A DNA stretch of 63,305 nt, filler included, from Phoronis australis (GCA_002633005.1; 8 parts of 8 records of this genome joined end to end with filler, not necessarily neighbours in it); one strand, 5' to 3'. Positions 1 to 13,820 are shown, counted from the whole stretch's first letter. Translations and numbers: made by a program. Notes: generated by a model from the sequence alone, not told the origin.

Positions 1-1
1 T

Positions 2-130
2 ATCAAACCGTGGATATACGTGATGACCAACAAACAGTTTCGACAAGGATTCAAGCATACCATTCGAGTGTACATCTTTCGTCAAAAAGAGACCAGCAAT
101 GAAAGTGTGGAATGCATGAATGACAACTAA
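2..130 (+). CDS. 3' end of a rhodopsin-like (class A) GPCR: end of TM7, helix 8 and short C-tail; 5' part lies outside the window
   Basis: Frame from nt 2 reads IKPWIYVMTNKQFRQGFKHTIRVYIFRQKETSNESVECMNDN*. xPxxY followed by NxxFRxxF is the TM7/helix-8 signature. Too short for the ORF track. Confidence 0.8.
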   Translation: MKPWIYVMTNKQFRQGFKHTIRVYIFRQKETSNESVECMNDN

Positions 131-1168
131 ACTGCATAACGTCTCCTCTCAAGTAGCAACCTCTGTGACCTGCCAGTCCCTTTATTAGGAATATAAACAT
201 CATTGGGCGTAAACTACTTCGACCTCGCCAAACTTTTGTCCCTTACCCGTGGTCTCTAATTTCAGATTCGCTCTATCGCCACCACCTCCACCCCCTGGTG
301 GTAGTCCAGTCGCATCTCCGCCATAAACGTGCACACCGTGGATGTTTGGGAGGGAAACCGGAGGTAAATGCTACAGAACTGACCGAATTTCACTGTCCTA
401 TGTCAAAATTGACTGAGACAATAGCATGCTTGCCGATATCTGACGGGCACCTGTGTGGGAGGACGCTAGTGTGTTTAGGTGCAAACTAACGACGTCAAGT
501 TGGAAATACGTCTAGATTTTTACGCTTGCCATAGGGGCCGATGTACTACACGACCGGGCACTACCTTACAGAGCTTCATAACAAGGTTTTGTTTAGAAAA
601 CTTGTGACTACGTGTATGTAAACCAAAGGACCAAAAGTATATTCGAAAGCAAGATTCTCAGCATATGAAACAAAATGTGTACTTATTAAACGCAGTACTA
701 ATTTGAATACTGAGACGAGCAGCTGTTCACGATGACTCTTCTATGACATTTTTAGCAAGTTCCGTTAAATGCGTCAACAATGCACAACACTATCGCGAAC
801 CAAAATAATGGAGGTGCAAGATTTTTACACAAGCATTTCTTATTCTAAGTTTAGAAAATATGATTAAGACAGTGAAGAAGATGAGCAGTACACAGTGTCT
901 ATTTTGTTACGTACAAGTTCATTAAGATTGACGGTAAATATAAGGGGCAAAACTAAGCCTTTGAACTAGCAAGTAGCAATGTATAATGCATACAGAAGAA
1001 TGCAACAGTCAGGCAACGGACTTCTGTGTACATCCTGAGGGGCGTACATGTAGCTAGGACGGAGAGAGATTTGTCTTGTGCGGAACCCTCTCCAGAGGGG
1101 AGGAGGGGGGAGGGAGAGGCGACACAACAATTCGTGGTGATCGGCACTAAACATTTTAGCATCATAAA

Positions 1169-1406
1169 TATTACATAGATTCATTCAAGTAAGTCAGGGA
1201 AACGCATTTTAATTAATAATCCACTGGTGCCACCTGCCGCCCCGAAGTGTTGTACCAGAGGGTTCCAGTTCAATCCAGCAGCCATTCTATTACTGCTTAT
1301 GAATTTCTGTAATTAGCCTACATCACGTTTCGTCTCTTATAGTTGCTAAACTTAAATTGAAACATTAGAACGTTCTAGAAACCATGTGTAAGCAAGGGGG
1401 GTTACA
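1169..1406 (-). mobile_element. Possible degenerate solo LTR
   Basis: Minus strand begins TGTAACCCCCCTTG with TCTAGAA motifs; the other end reads TATTACA on +. Flanks TAAA/TATA match only partly. Confidence 0.25.
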
Positions 1407-1740
1407 TATATCAACCTTGACAAATATCCGTGGCGTCGGCGCATTGAATTTTGGAATTAAATGCTGAATGACGTCAATATGAACATGTGTCTTAAAACGC
1501 TACGCAATATTGCCACAAGTCAAACTTTAATAATTCTGCTAAAACTAACGATTGCGTAAAGGTATTTCAATAAACACAATATACATTCATTGACTGGCCT
1601 TGGCGCATTACAAGCTTCAAGGTGTAAGACATATCAAATCCAAATAGAAAAAATATTCTAAAAAGAGTTAGTCTCACCCACTTGTTAGACGGAGTACAAG
1701 CTCTAATTCCTATTTTTGGTTATACTAATTGTCGTAGCCC

Positions 1741-1860
1741 GCTACATAAATATAGACAATCTAAATCCGTGGTAATGACCATAAATATAGAATAGGCTAA
1801 GCGTGCTACATATATAGACATTCTAAATCTATGGCCATAACCATGATACAGAATAGCGCA
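1741..1860. repeat. Two-copy tandem duplication, ~64-bp period
   Basis: GCTACATA(A)ATATAGACA.TCTAAATC..TGG...A.CAT.A.A.AGAATAG starts at 1741 and again at 1805. Confidence 0.6.
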
Positions 1861-3362
1861 CTAACCCTGTATGTAAATCCGACTTTACCAAGTATTCACG
1901 AGGGAAGTTGAGATTCCAAATTCATCAAAAAAACACAAAACATTCTTGCACAGCACAGCCATTCCACCCAAACAACCAAAAGTTTTAAGAAATACAGTAG
2001 GATTGTCGCCATAGAAAGGGTGGAATTTTGAAGAACGTGAAAACCACCAGTTGTGAATTACACAAAAGAACTATTTCCGATGGTTAGTTGTAGAATAATG
2101 TTGGTGTTTCCCGTAGTATCACAAGCATAGTATCTCTTTTGAAGATGGTTACTATGAGTTGTTTGTAAGGAATTCCCACTTGTGGAAAACACTGCTGTCT
2201 AGGCTGCTATTTGTAATGATCGTGTACATGTCGAAAGGGGTACTCAAACTCTCGCAATCGTAAACAAAGATTTCAACTTTTTTATTTGTCAGTGGAGTTC
2301 AAATTTACATCGTGAACCGTTATAGGCACCTCTGAAAATACACCTTAATACGAATACCCCATCTCCCATATTCCCCCGGTTACCCGTCAAAAGTCTGCGA
2401 GCATGCATGCGAAAATTGTGCATAACATTCCTGTTTGATAAACACATTTGTTGTCTTCTTATTTACTTGTTTATGTATCTACGAATACCGATAGATTTAT
2501 AGATGATTTTTGACAATTAGAAGCTAATCTTGTAAGAATTGGTGATAATTCAGTGCATTTAATTGCTGCCTGAAGTTGGAAAATCTTTATAATCCGATCT
2601 CCAAATAGTAAAGTACACTTGGACAATTTTTGTATATCTAAAATAACTCTCAAAGACATTGATGAAATTCGTACACACACACACCGTAGATAGAAGAAAC
2701 GTTTAAGAAATCCTTAAATAAATAAAATTAAGCTTATTTCTTGGAAAGGTTGTCTTCGCAGTTCCTTGGTGTTTTTAGTTTCAAGTAGTATTGAGTAATG
2801 AATTTTTGTTCTTCAAAACTGAATTGTCCGATTGCTTTCCCTGATTCGCATGCACGTCATCACTGACGTATCCACGTTAAAAATAAGATGTAACCATGCA
2901 GTAGGCCGCGCAGACTCTGTGATAACCACAATAACTGAATTTGAAGGGCAGGTGTTCAGGAAGCGTGTACATTTTTGGGACACACTATCCTTTTCCCCAG
3001 CCACCATAAACTGAACTACCGGTCGTGTTTCAGCTAGGGATTTTGAAACAGCCCCAAAGGCACTATACCAGGGACCTCGGTTCTCACCTTTTCAAAAAAA
3101 CAACTCTTTCAAAGAATGACCATATTAAAATAAAGTTTTCTCCAAACTGGATCACAGCAAAACGAATCTTGATCTTAGAACGGGCGCAGACGGCTGGTAC
3201 GAGCTAAGCTGCCTGTCGTATTTTCACACTGTCAGATCTCAGCTATAGCTACTTGAGGCAGCTCCTCGCTACAGGTCATTATACTAGTCCTAAGCCCATT
3301 ATTATACTCCGAGTTGGTTCACGGTTACTCAACTCTTGATGGCTGGATTCCCGGGATTGTCC

Positions 3363-3513
3363 CAGAGACGGATGCAGGATTTTGATTTGGGGGGACAGGG
3401 CAGAGTATTAGCCAGGGTTTTACCAGTTAGAAATTGGCACCTCCGAACTGCCAAATGGAATTTGGGAGAATTTTAGTGTGTCATGGCCTCTTGGCCCCCT
3501 AAATCCGCCACTG
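3363..3513 (+). mobile_element. ~150-bp MITE of the CAG(G/T)GGCGGAT...ATCCGCCACTG family (hAT-like)
   Basis: Degenerate left end CAGAGACGGATGCAGG, right end AAATCCGCCACTG; body aligns by eye with 18039-18192 and 36307-36453. Confidence 0.7.
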
Positions 3514-4137
3514 TGCCTCCCCACGTGGAAGATTTGGTACAAATATAGTGGCATCTGGAGGACGGGGCCGAAGGGAGGGGGGCGATGGGTGAGTTATTTG
3601 GCGACGTCGAAATTGGTTGTGCCTCCCCCCCAANNNNNNNNNNNNNNNNNNNNNNNNNNNNNNNNNNNNNNNNNNNNNNNNNNNNNNNNNNNNNNNNNNN
3701 NNNNNNNNNNNNNNNNNNNNNNNNNNNNNNNNNNNNNNNNNNNNNNNNNNNNNNNNNNNNNNNNNNNNNNNNNNNNNNNNNNNNNNNNNNNNNNNNNNNN
3801 NNNNNNNNNNNNNNNNNNNNNNNNNNNNNNNNNNNNNNNNNNNNNNNNNNNNNNNNNNNNNNNNNNNNNNNNNNNNNNNNNNNNNNNNNNNNNNNNNNNN
3901 NNNNNNNNNNNNNNNNNNNNNNNNNNNNNNNNNNNNNNNNNNNNNNNNNNNNNNNNNNNNNNNNNNNNNNNNNNNNNNNNNNNNNNNNNNNNNNNNNNNN
4001 NNNNNNNNNNNNNNNNNNNNNNNNNNNNNNNNNNNNNNNNNNNNNNNNNNNNNNNNNNNNNNNNNNNNNNNNNNNNNNNNNNNNNNNNNNNNNNNNNNNN
4101 NNNNNNNNNNNNNNNNNNNNNNNNNNNNNNNNNNNNN

Positions 4138-4192
<55 letters not shown>
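4138..4192. repeat. (GT)n microsatellite abutting an assembly gap
   Basis: Directly visible run of about 25 GT units. Confidence 0.95.
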
Positions 4193-4195
<3 letters not shown>

Positions 4196-4384
4196 CCGTA
4201 AACTCGTAACCAATGAGCTATATTATAGAACTCTAAACCTGGAGTGCGAACTTCTGCACGTGGCCTATGTATTCTTCGGTTAGTATGACGTAATTTTAAA
4301 GTTTTCAACACAGCCAAAAAAATTAGTACCATACAATGATATCAATTAAGTCAGATTTAGATAACACTGTATATAACATTACTA

Positions 4385-4510
4385 GGTAATCCCAAAATTA
4401 TTAGTTACCTGGTCATGGACCTGGTCAATTGTAATCCTTCTCAACTCCCTGGGAGTTTACAATGGGTGCAACCGTTGTCGGGGCACACTGATTGATCCAA
4501 ACACATAATT
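4385..4510 (-). mobile_element. Probable relic of a Deu/Nin-domain SINE
   Basis: Minus strand TGTAAACTCCCAGGGAGTTGAG resembles the recalled TGTATGCTCCCCAGGGAGTTGAG core of these SINEs; not aligned. Confidence 0.3.
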
Positions 4511-7500
4511 TTGTAAAAATTTCAAGTGCTAAATTGGCCCGTAGTTAATTGAATCGAAAAATTCATAGCCTTCAAAATTTTTGAAAACTTGAAGTGGTTG
4601 CATTTCTATTCCTGTTTGCAGGTACGTCATCGCTACTACCGGGGTTTTCCGTAGCTAAGCCCCTGGGCGTGTATTCGGAAAATGAAAATTTTCAGGCATT
4701 TTAGTGACACCAATAAAAGCCCGGGCGTTTATTCGGATAAAGGGCTGGTAAATGGAAAGTCAGACCTTTGGCTACGTAAATACCAGCGTGAAGCGCGATA
4801 TGTGTTTTTGTAAGTGAAACAGCCCTTCTGGGTGGATTGGTAGTCCTTAAAAGTAGTGTTGTGAATACTTTGATACCTGTTAACAACGTCAATTGTTGCA
4901 ATATCTGCGCAGCGGGACAAGAAAATTAATATGCATGACACTTGTAGACCTCCTTGAGGCGAAAATGATCGCACCCAAGGTCGCTTGAATTCTGAGTATT
5001 GTGAAAAATTAACAAGTTTTAGCCAGCTCTCTTGGTATGTGCCCAACCTTAAGAACGTCTTTGACTACTTTCATAATTCACCGATCAAGCGTGTACCCAT
5101 TAACAACACTGAAGTCCAGGTAGGGAATGCATGCATGAACGAGTCTCTGTTATGATGCAATACATGCCATAGGCGGATTTGGGGGGTGCAGGGAGCCCCN
5201 NNNNNNNNNNNNNNNNNNNNNNNNNNNNNNNNNNNNNNNNNNNTTAATTAATTAANNNNNNNNNNNNNNNNNNNNNNNNNNNNNNNNNNNNNNNNNNNNC
5301 AACTCAAGATTACAGTGACACCTACTGTTAATGAATGAAACAGCATCATTGATTCTGAATGGTGTTTGCCTGCGCAAGATTCCCGCATAAGTTTTCCTGA
5401 CATAATATTGATGAACAAGTAGAAGCATTAAAATTACCTTTTCCTTTTTTTAGAATTGTGACCATTTTCCATGAAATTGTCTGAAGTGATACTCTTTTCA
5501 AAAATTTGGACCTCAAAAACAACCTTCGCTGTTTTGGCGGATTCTTGCTAGCAGATGCGTATTTTAGGGTCACCATAGGATCGAATTCGAATCCTTGGTT
5601 CCGTAACTCGGGCAGGGGATTGACAGCTCTTGGTCAATTTGAACTTATGAAAAACGACGATCTGCAAGTCGGTAGATTAATTCAGTTTTTGACCGACAGG
5701 TGACTCCTTCCATTCAACATGGTGGTATTACTACCACGTACCAGGAAATAGAGCTAGAAGAAATTTCACGATAAAATACTAAGGGAACGGGGTAGGAGAA
5801 ATTTCTGTGTATATTTGGAAAGATAACATTACGAGAAATCGAACGGTACAAAAAACATATGTCTAAATCATTGTCGTCATATTGTAAACAACTACCCGAG
5901 AGGGTGTGCCCTGAAAAGATTGAGGCAATCTCCCGTGGCCACTTAGCTATTCCTTTCCCGCTATTCGGTGCTATAGTGTGCCTCAAATGACTGTTGTTGT
6001 GAATGGCTATGTCTTCCACAAATTATTTCGTAAAATGTCACATCACTTCAGAATACAGCATAGTATACAAGATAATAATTATCATTAAATGTTTCGTATA
6101 CGTTACTGCTGATGTATTCCTTGACTCGTTAGCTTTGAAATGCGGTAGTTTGACGAAAACAGAGAGATTTAAACAGCTAAAATCCATCGACATTCTTCCC
6201 TTACTGGAAGTCGCCATGTTGGTGAACTAGTTTGACCTATTATTCAACTGACCAATAGAATGCCTTGTTTCTTTAAATCGGAACAGCCAATGATATTCCA
6301 AGAATGCACATGGAAAAGTGCGCTGTAGCAGACCCCAACCAACCTCGAGGGTCTGTGCAGGAGACTACTATTTGTCCTAGGCACCAACCGACACCTGTTA
6401 GGCCAAAGGAAAAACGCAGCAGACAAATGCAACACGCTGGTTGCTTAACAGTTTCGGCTCACGTATTCGTCATCAAAATATCGTCCACTTGTTTTTATTG
6501 CAAAACACAGTACTGAGCTCAACATTTATGTTAAATTTTTTGTTCAGACATTTTGGATTTATTTGAAAAAAATTNAATGTGTCAATAACTAAGCACTGAA
6601 AAGTGGAACAAAAATACATTAGAGAACAAGTCAATGGTCCAAAGAGTTGTCTGACGAAAGGGTATATATTTTCAAAAAGTTGTTCAAAACAAGAAAAGTA
6701 AATAAGACCAAATTGCGGCAATCGTGTTACGGATTAGGTATATGCTAAATGCCGGGTTACGTTTCTTCTTGTAAATTGTTGACGTAAATGTTGCCATCAA
6801 TACTGCTTTCTTACTTTTAATAATGCTTGCATCTATTTCATATGTTAGATTTGAAATATCAATGTGGACCAAACTAAATTTTAAAATTAAAACACCTAGT
6901 TCGTTCGTTAAAAGCACAACCTGAAAAAATAACCCATCTGGTTTTAGATCTTAATTTCAATTAACCGAACACAACAAGCATGGTTATCATGTTCCTTCCG
7001 AGCGGAAATGTACCCGTGCCATCTGAAAGGGAAATTGTTTCGCCGAGTGAGGAGGAAGTTCTTCCTCCCATCAACATCAGTAACACCTCGCCCTCTTGCA
7101 AGCTCTCATAGGCTCTGTTTCGCGTACCATTTTGTGCTCTTTCTGTTTGGTTACAGGTGACTTGAGGAGAAATTTTCAATTACTTTAAGGGGAATTTTTA
7201 GGACTCGTGAGGGGAATTTTGCCTAACTTTTCAATATTTAGAGAGTGGAATAGGGCGGATATTCGGCCCCAAAATCGCAAGATTGAAAGCTCTGTCCTTT
7301 TTGGAAACAAATGCATCATGTTTCAACCCGCAGCCTGGCTGGCCGAAGATTCACCGGTGTTTGCTATGATGCTCGGCAACCGAGATGCGACAAAATATGA
7401 TCAAACTTTCGAAAACATTCATCAATTTTACCCGGATATATTTTCCTTCGTCGCGGCGTATGGCAGCGATCCAATGCTTCCGAGTCACAACGCATTAGGG

Positions 7501-8218
7501 ATTGTAAAAAGACAGTTGAATATCCGTATTTTTCCTATAGCCCTTCGTGCAACGCCGAACACAACTATGCCGATTGCCATTTAACGGAGCTATCGTAGTG
7601 TGACTCGTTTTGGAGCGCGCTTCTTGTCTGCGCGAATTAAGCGTATTCTTCAGCTTTTGTAAAGTCTCTTGAGGGAGTAAATTCGCGTGAAATTTGATTA
7701 GTTTTGTTCATTTGGACCTGCTTAAACATTCATTCAAAACATAGTTCCTAAAAAGCACTTTGAACTATTGCTCCAAAAGTACAAATTTTCAGCAACGATT
7801 TATAGAAGAAAATTCCGACCAACGGTGATCAGGCCACTCTTTTTAACCTGAATTATTAAAAATAAGTCATTTGCCACCACACCGTCCCCAACAAAATTGG
7901 GCAAAGAATTATTTCAAACCAAACAAACACGTTTTGTTAATAATGCATGTAGCGTGTTTAGACAAAGAGCTAAGAGCAAATTCCGAGTATATATATGTAT
8001 CCTCATAATCGTCTGCTCACAGAGTTCCTTGACTCTCGGTTCTCCTCTAGCATCAATACTTAGATTACCTCAAAATCCGCGAATCAGCCACCTGACCAAA
8101 CATTGTTTCCATCGTTTGTTTTGCGGTAATGTGATCAAGGGAGGAAATATTTCTATCACCAATTCCATCTCAGAAGATAAGGGAATACAACAGACATATA
8201 GTCGGGATACCTATCGTC

Positions 8219-9558
8219 GTCAGGCTCCAATGGTCGTTCGCCATCTTCTTTCGTGTGCAGCGTAGCCACGCGGGACTTAGCGTTCCAATCTAGAGTGCTG
8301 GTCTGCACGTTAGGTACATGTACATGTACTAATCTCTCGGGAGAAACACGCGTGGAAGAACTGAGACGAAAATCGGGGCACTTACCGACTGCTTTTTGAG
8401 ACCACATAAAAACTTGTAGATTTTACTAATGCACTTTTTGTTCATGTTTAGAAGATATTTTCGAAATTAAATTTTCTTCAGACGGAACAAAAACCAACCC
8501 GGATACTGTTTATGCAATGTATCTATTTGTCCTAGGCACCAACCGACACCTGTTAGGCCAAAGGAAAAACGCAGCAGACAAATGCAACACGCTGGTTGCT
8601 TAACAGTTTCGGCTCACGTATTCGTCATCAAAATATCGTCCACTTGTTTTTGTTGCAAAACACAGTACTGAGCTCAACATTTATGTTAAATTTTTTGTTC
8701 AGACATTTTGGATTTATTTGAAAAAAATTAAAATACTTGAGTTGATAGAGAGTGGTCACCAATAAAGTAGAACAATGACTTTATTTCACTATATTGCATT
8801 GTTTCATACAACACAGCATGACAAAAAATAAAAGAAGAGATTGAGCAATAAAATGCAAATACTACTTGGGTATTAATTTATTTATTTATGATTGCAGAAG
8901 TCTGTTGAAGGTGAGAAAAATATGATATTGGGTAATTTATTAGAACAACTGCATCGAGGCTCAATGATCAACTTCCGCCGACAAAGTCTCAAAGGGTTAC
9001 AGTTCTGTTTAAGCTGATAAGGTGTTAGCAGAGAATGAAGAAACATTGAAAAGAAAAGAAAGCCAGCATAGATAAGTGGTATTAAGAACAACAAGATCAA
9101 AATGTCAAATAAAGAGGTCACAAACAGAAAATAAGCAAGGTTTATCTGGACTAAAAATATCACGATTTATTTTCCAGAACTGAAACTCTGAATCAATTTT
9201 AACCGATTTAAAAATCGATATCATACCAGTAAAATAGTTTGTGGTTGAAATAAAATTGTTGTAAACCACTTTCCACTATTTTCTCGGCGTTTTTCTGTTT
9301 GGTTTTCTGTTCTTTCAAAAAGCGGCAGCATATGACGACTGACGACCATAGGGGTCATTATAAAATGGCTGCCGAAAAGTAATGCACAGTTCAAACACCT
9401 CGGCATCAATAAAAGAAAACTTTTGAATAAACGAATACTATATATTTGTAAGAGTTAAATCAAATCCTATTCAGAGCATAACTTTGAAGTGGAATAATTG
9501 GGTGAGTACGACAACAAGCCGGTTTCATGCCTAGGCGGACGATCATTGGGTACCCGAG
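8219..9558. mobile_element. ~1.35-kb non-autonomous TIR DNA element, copy 1 (superfamily unassigned)
   Basis: Ends CCAATGGTCGTTCGCC and GGCGGACGATCATTGG are inverted repeats; the whole body is colinear with 18339-19793. Confidence 0.7.
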
Positions 9559-9622
9559 AAAATATAGAAATTCATCGAAACTACAAAGTCATTACGACAC
9601 CGGTGGACAACTCTATAAATAA

Positions 9623-12053
9623 CAGTGGCGGATCTACGGGGGGGGNNNNNNNNNNNNNNNNNNNNNNNNNNNNNNNNNNNNNNNNNCCCCCCCTCGGGCC
9701 AGGACCCAAAAATTAAAAAAAAACAAAAGCGTATCCAGCAAAACAAAAACGGCACCGCCAGCGTGTGTAAACCCCAAGTAAACCAACTTTGAAAAAATTG
9801 AGGGGGGGCTTCACTCTGAAAATATAGTTTTTTGCATTGTGAATTGCCGAGTCTTTGTGGCTCATCGGCAAAACGCGCGGGGATTAATTGTGCGCGCGCT
9901 TCCGTCGACACTTCTGAAGTAGCCAAGCATTTTAAATGGATTCACCGCTGAAAGAGCAGTTCTATAGCTGATTTCTTTTGGTAACTAGCTTCTTTACTCT
10001 ACGATATATTTTGATTTGATTAGGGGAAATACTGCGGTGCCGCAACCCTGATATTCAGGCGAATTGACGTGCAACGTTTTTACCTCATCTGTCATGCCGT
10101 GTCGTTCTATTACACTCCACACGTTTGTAACTGATGTATAGTAAAGTTGTCTTGCGCAATATCATACAGTGTACATGTACATGTAATATTGTGTACATGT
10201 ACATGAAATATTTTTGAAAAAAAAATTTCCGAAGAATTGCTATTGTGGCGGGCGCCGTGGTCTGGTCGCGAGTCCGTTTGAAGGCACACTCTGTAACAAG
10301 TTGTGTCTAGAAGGAATGGCCAAGGGTGCACTCACATTGAGAAAGTGACCGCATTAGCGAAAAGTGTACAGTACCAGAAATTGCGGGGAGGCTGTTCTTT
10401 CACAACAAAGTCTTGCAGGACTCGTGCGATGTTCAATAGGCCTCCTAAGGAGCCTTAGTTCCGACCTCAACACCTACCGTCTGTCTACCTGCAATAAGCA
10501 CACTGCCGTCTTCTACTGTATACTGAGAATTTTCGCACAAAGGCTCACCCGATGAAACGCTCATGCCCATGGGCATTTATTTGATATTAGTATTTTGGGT
10601 TTCAAGCGTTCAGACATTGGGACGTTTATTTCGAAAATTGCAAGAGATGCAAATAGGTACTGGGATGCTTCGACAAGATTTGAAGTAGTCCATGATGAAC
10701 GGATCAAATTTAGTTGCGCATGTAAGTCTTTTGAATGGACTTGGCAACCTCAAGGGTCTTAGTTTCAACTGAGCTGCGAAACGAGATGCTGACATTGTAG
10801 AGGCTTACAAGCTCATTGACACGGCAGTTGACGAAGTGCAAGCGTTGGGAACAAACATCGAAAATATCTGGGGAGAATGGTTCCAAGACGAGCAAATCAT
10901 TGGATCCAATATACGAATAGACAGACAACAGAAGGATAGGACTAACGTACAGTGTATGAGTAACCACTGGGGATTAAAATTTTAGAGAGAAGTTTTCATT
11001 TCAAAATTTTTTGCATAGTACACTTTAGATCTCGCGACGGACCAGGCCAGCTTGATTTGTGTAAATGTTGAGTTTCAGTGTACTTCTGGTCCCTCGGCGA
11101 ACTAGTCTTGTGACTTTTTTACCAAAGTGTGCTTTGTAAAACTATTTATCTACTGTTTGGTCCCGCGACAGATCGACTATTTTTATAGGGATAATAAGCA
11201 CAGGTGTACTCTTGGTCTCGTGACGGACCAGGTCAGCTTTTTGTGTTCATGTGCATGTACTCTCAGTGTACAGTGTACATCTGGTCCCTCTGCAAACTAG
11301 TCCAGAGTATCTTTTCACCACTGTGCACAGGATGTTTTGGTTTTGCGAAACTGTTTTCAGATGATTTGTTTCCTGATAGATTTGACGTTTTTCAATTGTT
11401 TTCAACGTGATTCAGCTTACTAAAGTGATACCTAATTATTTATTGTCGCTTTTAATAATAGACTATGAGTTGAGAGCAGCATCGTTCGCCAGTTTTTCTC
11501 GTAACGAGACAGAACACATGTTTATTTCCGGACTAACAGTACAGGTCTTCGTTCTTAAACAACTTGAGGCTGCTGTTACGCGATCATCTGATATTCAAGT
11601 TTTTACTCCCCGTCGGTGCTCCGTAATTATGCTCTTGAATATTTGGAAATTGTCTAAACCCCTGTATACACACCACACTTTTTCGTAAAGGACTTTTCGT
11701 ATGCTAAAAAAGGTGTGTGTGAGCAGATGTTCCAACAAAAATTTTGCTGGTGGCGTGACTCATACCCAGATGTGCACAATATGGTTTCACGAAACTTATG
11801 AGCCAAGTTCATGTGAAGAAATCGAGAAGGGTTTTTAATTATCTTAAGAAAAGCTCCAGAGACATGTTTAGTGCCAGAAACTTACCAGGATGCATGGAAA
11901 TTTCACTATTTGGCTACAAAAACAAAAAAACATCTTACACGGGAGGGGAAACCCCCCTGCCGACCTCCCCCCCCCGCTCGGCGCCACGCGCCTAGGATTC
12001 GACCTTGGCGGGAATCTTAAACCCCCCTTGCTGAAAACGTAGATCCGCCACTG
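9623..12053 (+). mobile_element. 2.43-kb hAT deletion derivative with perfect 16-bp TIRs and a 5-bp TSD
   Basis: CAGTGGCGGATCTACG at 9623 and CGTAGATCCGCCACTG ending at 12053, with AATAA on both flanks; internal hAT transposase relic; small N gap at 9646-9686. Confidence 0.8.
10728..10955 (+). pseudogene. hAT transposase fragment (P52rIPK/THAP12-like type)
   Basis: Reads LLNGLGNLKGLSFN*AAKRDADIVEAYKLIDTAVDEVQALGTNIENIWGEWFQ...RQQKDRTNV, matching the LKGLxxxLQKRDxDIxxAYxxI...RQxxRxNV segment of hAT transposases. Confidence 0.65.
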
Positions 12054-12251
12054 AATAATATTTCAAATGTCATATTCAAACTTCGTTTAATACACGACTA
12101 AACTTTTTTTTGCCATTTCGGTACACAGTCGCTCGTAGTGTCGAAAAAACCCTCTTTCGTCATTTGTTCATAGACTATAGTACATGGATCGCCAACTCCG
12201 TATACTTTCAATGGACGAAATCTGTGAACTTACGCACAAGCTCTTACAGAG

Positions 12252-13336
12252 TACGTCATTATTCACTGGCGACACCTGGCTAAATTATCTGGAGTAATTT
12301 ACGGCAAGTACGTCGTCTGCTAATCATGGCCGGCTGCTGTCTGGAGGGATGTTCGGCCACACAGGAAAAATGCAAAGGTGTTAGCTTCCATGCCTTCCGA
12401 AAACCCCATAATCGGCTGTGGGAAGAAAAGCTTATTTCTTGTGTCAACGTGAAAGGCAGTTGTTTCAGCAATTAGACTTTATACATTTGTTCAAGGCACT
12501 TTGAAGATGGATATTTTTAAGAGGCTCTGGTAGGCCTACTACTTAATCCTGTGTTCACAACTCCTTTTTTCTTTTCTCCGTTTTTATGAAAACTATTTGG
12601 TAAACTGTTTGACGAAAATTGTCCGCTAAATTTCTTCCGAAGGTAGTGACTCGTGAACTCTTGTCCTTACGTGGAACTTCAGCCATAGTCTAATGAGAGA
12701 ATTAACCAAATTGCTCTTCGCTGGCCCTGATCAGACGTTGGTCTCAGCAGCTTGCGCACATTTGGTCAGGATTTGGATCAGCAATTTCAACAAATTTACT
12801 TTTGTGTACAAATAAAGAAAACGCTAGTAAAACCTTTAACATAAATAAAGATTACATAAATACTTCAGAAATAACCACTTGGACCAGTCAAAGTCTATCT
12901 CGCCATTCAACAGCAGGTTACATACTTATATATTATTGTCGACTGTATGCCGCACAAAACCTGAACCATCTTAGCCAAGTACGCTGCAGTCTATGAAAAT
13001 ACCAACAAGTAACCCGAGTTTCAACTTCTTTGCAAACATGGAACAGGGATATCAAAGGGGTATGAAAGTTTTTTTTATGCTACATGTACAATGTTACATT
13101 TTTGTAAGCAGACAAATGTTTTTAAAAAATCTGCCTTAATTCTTACTATTTCAAAAGTATTTCCAACCTTACGCCTTTCAAATGAACATTTATGACAAAA
13201 AACATAATTCTTCAACCCGGTTTGTTAAGTCCTACACCAGCTCTACATACACTGTAATATGAACCAATCCTACTCCTAATGTAACAAGAAGGTCCCGTGC
13301 GTAACGGATACTAAGTATGGTCCTTCTGAAATATTG
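12252..13336 (+). mobile_element. ~1.1-kb interspersed element carrying a THAP relic, copy 1
   Basis: Colinear with 42141-43170; ends not resolved. Confidence 0.7.
12326..12520 (+). pseudogene. THAP zinc-finger domain relic
   Basis: MAGCCLEGCSATQEKCKGVSFHAFRKPHNRLWEEKLISCVNVKGSCFSN*TLYICSRHFEDGYF*. Has the CxxxC, SFHxF, W and ICSRHFE THAP motifs; premature TAG at 12473. Confidence 0.8.
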
Positions 13337-13820
13337 GATCTGTTAGGCTAACGCAACCTCGCGAAAAGTCACACAAAAACTCGTGACATGTTCCATCGCG
13401 TTACCAGTAAAACACGTGATAGTGGTACTTTTCTTCGCCATGTTCTTGCGTGAATGGAACTTATTATGTGAATTTTCCAATAGATGGCATCATTTTTGCA
13501 TTTTTGGACCACGTCATGCGCGCACCCAATGGGGGGGGGGGGGTTGCTNCCTTTAACATAAATAAAGATTACATAAATACTTCAGAAATAACCACTTGGA
13601 CCAGTCAAAGTCTATCTCGCCATTCAACAGCAGGTTACATACTTATATATTATTGTCGACTGTATGCCGCACAAAACCTGAACCATCTTAGCCAAGTACA
13701 TGTACGCTGCAGTCTATGAAAATATCAACAAGTAACCCGAGTTTCAACTTCTTTGCAAACATGGAACAGGGATATCAAAGGGGTATGAAAGTTTTTTTTT
13801 ATGCTACATGTACAGCAGAC

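Noticed and set aside
3473-4332. Long ORFs of 194-277 aa
   Set aside because: They consist of N gap plus (GT)n microsatellite.
6368-6573. Recent duplication of 8523-8729
   Set aside because: Nearly identical and ends at a single-N contig join; likely an assembly overlap or haplotype artefact.
7207-8265. 125-aa and 122-aa ORFs
   Set aside because: Non-ATG starts, no recognisable motif or splice structure; the sequence looks like non-autonomous element interior.
13550-13812. Tandem duplication of 12832-13090
   Set aside because: Starts exactly at a single N and is nearly identical; probably an uncollapsed overlap.
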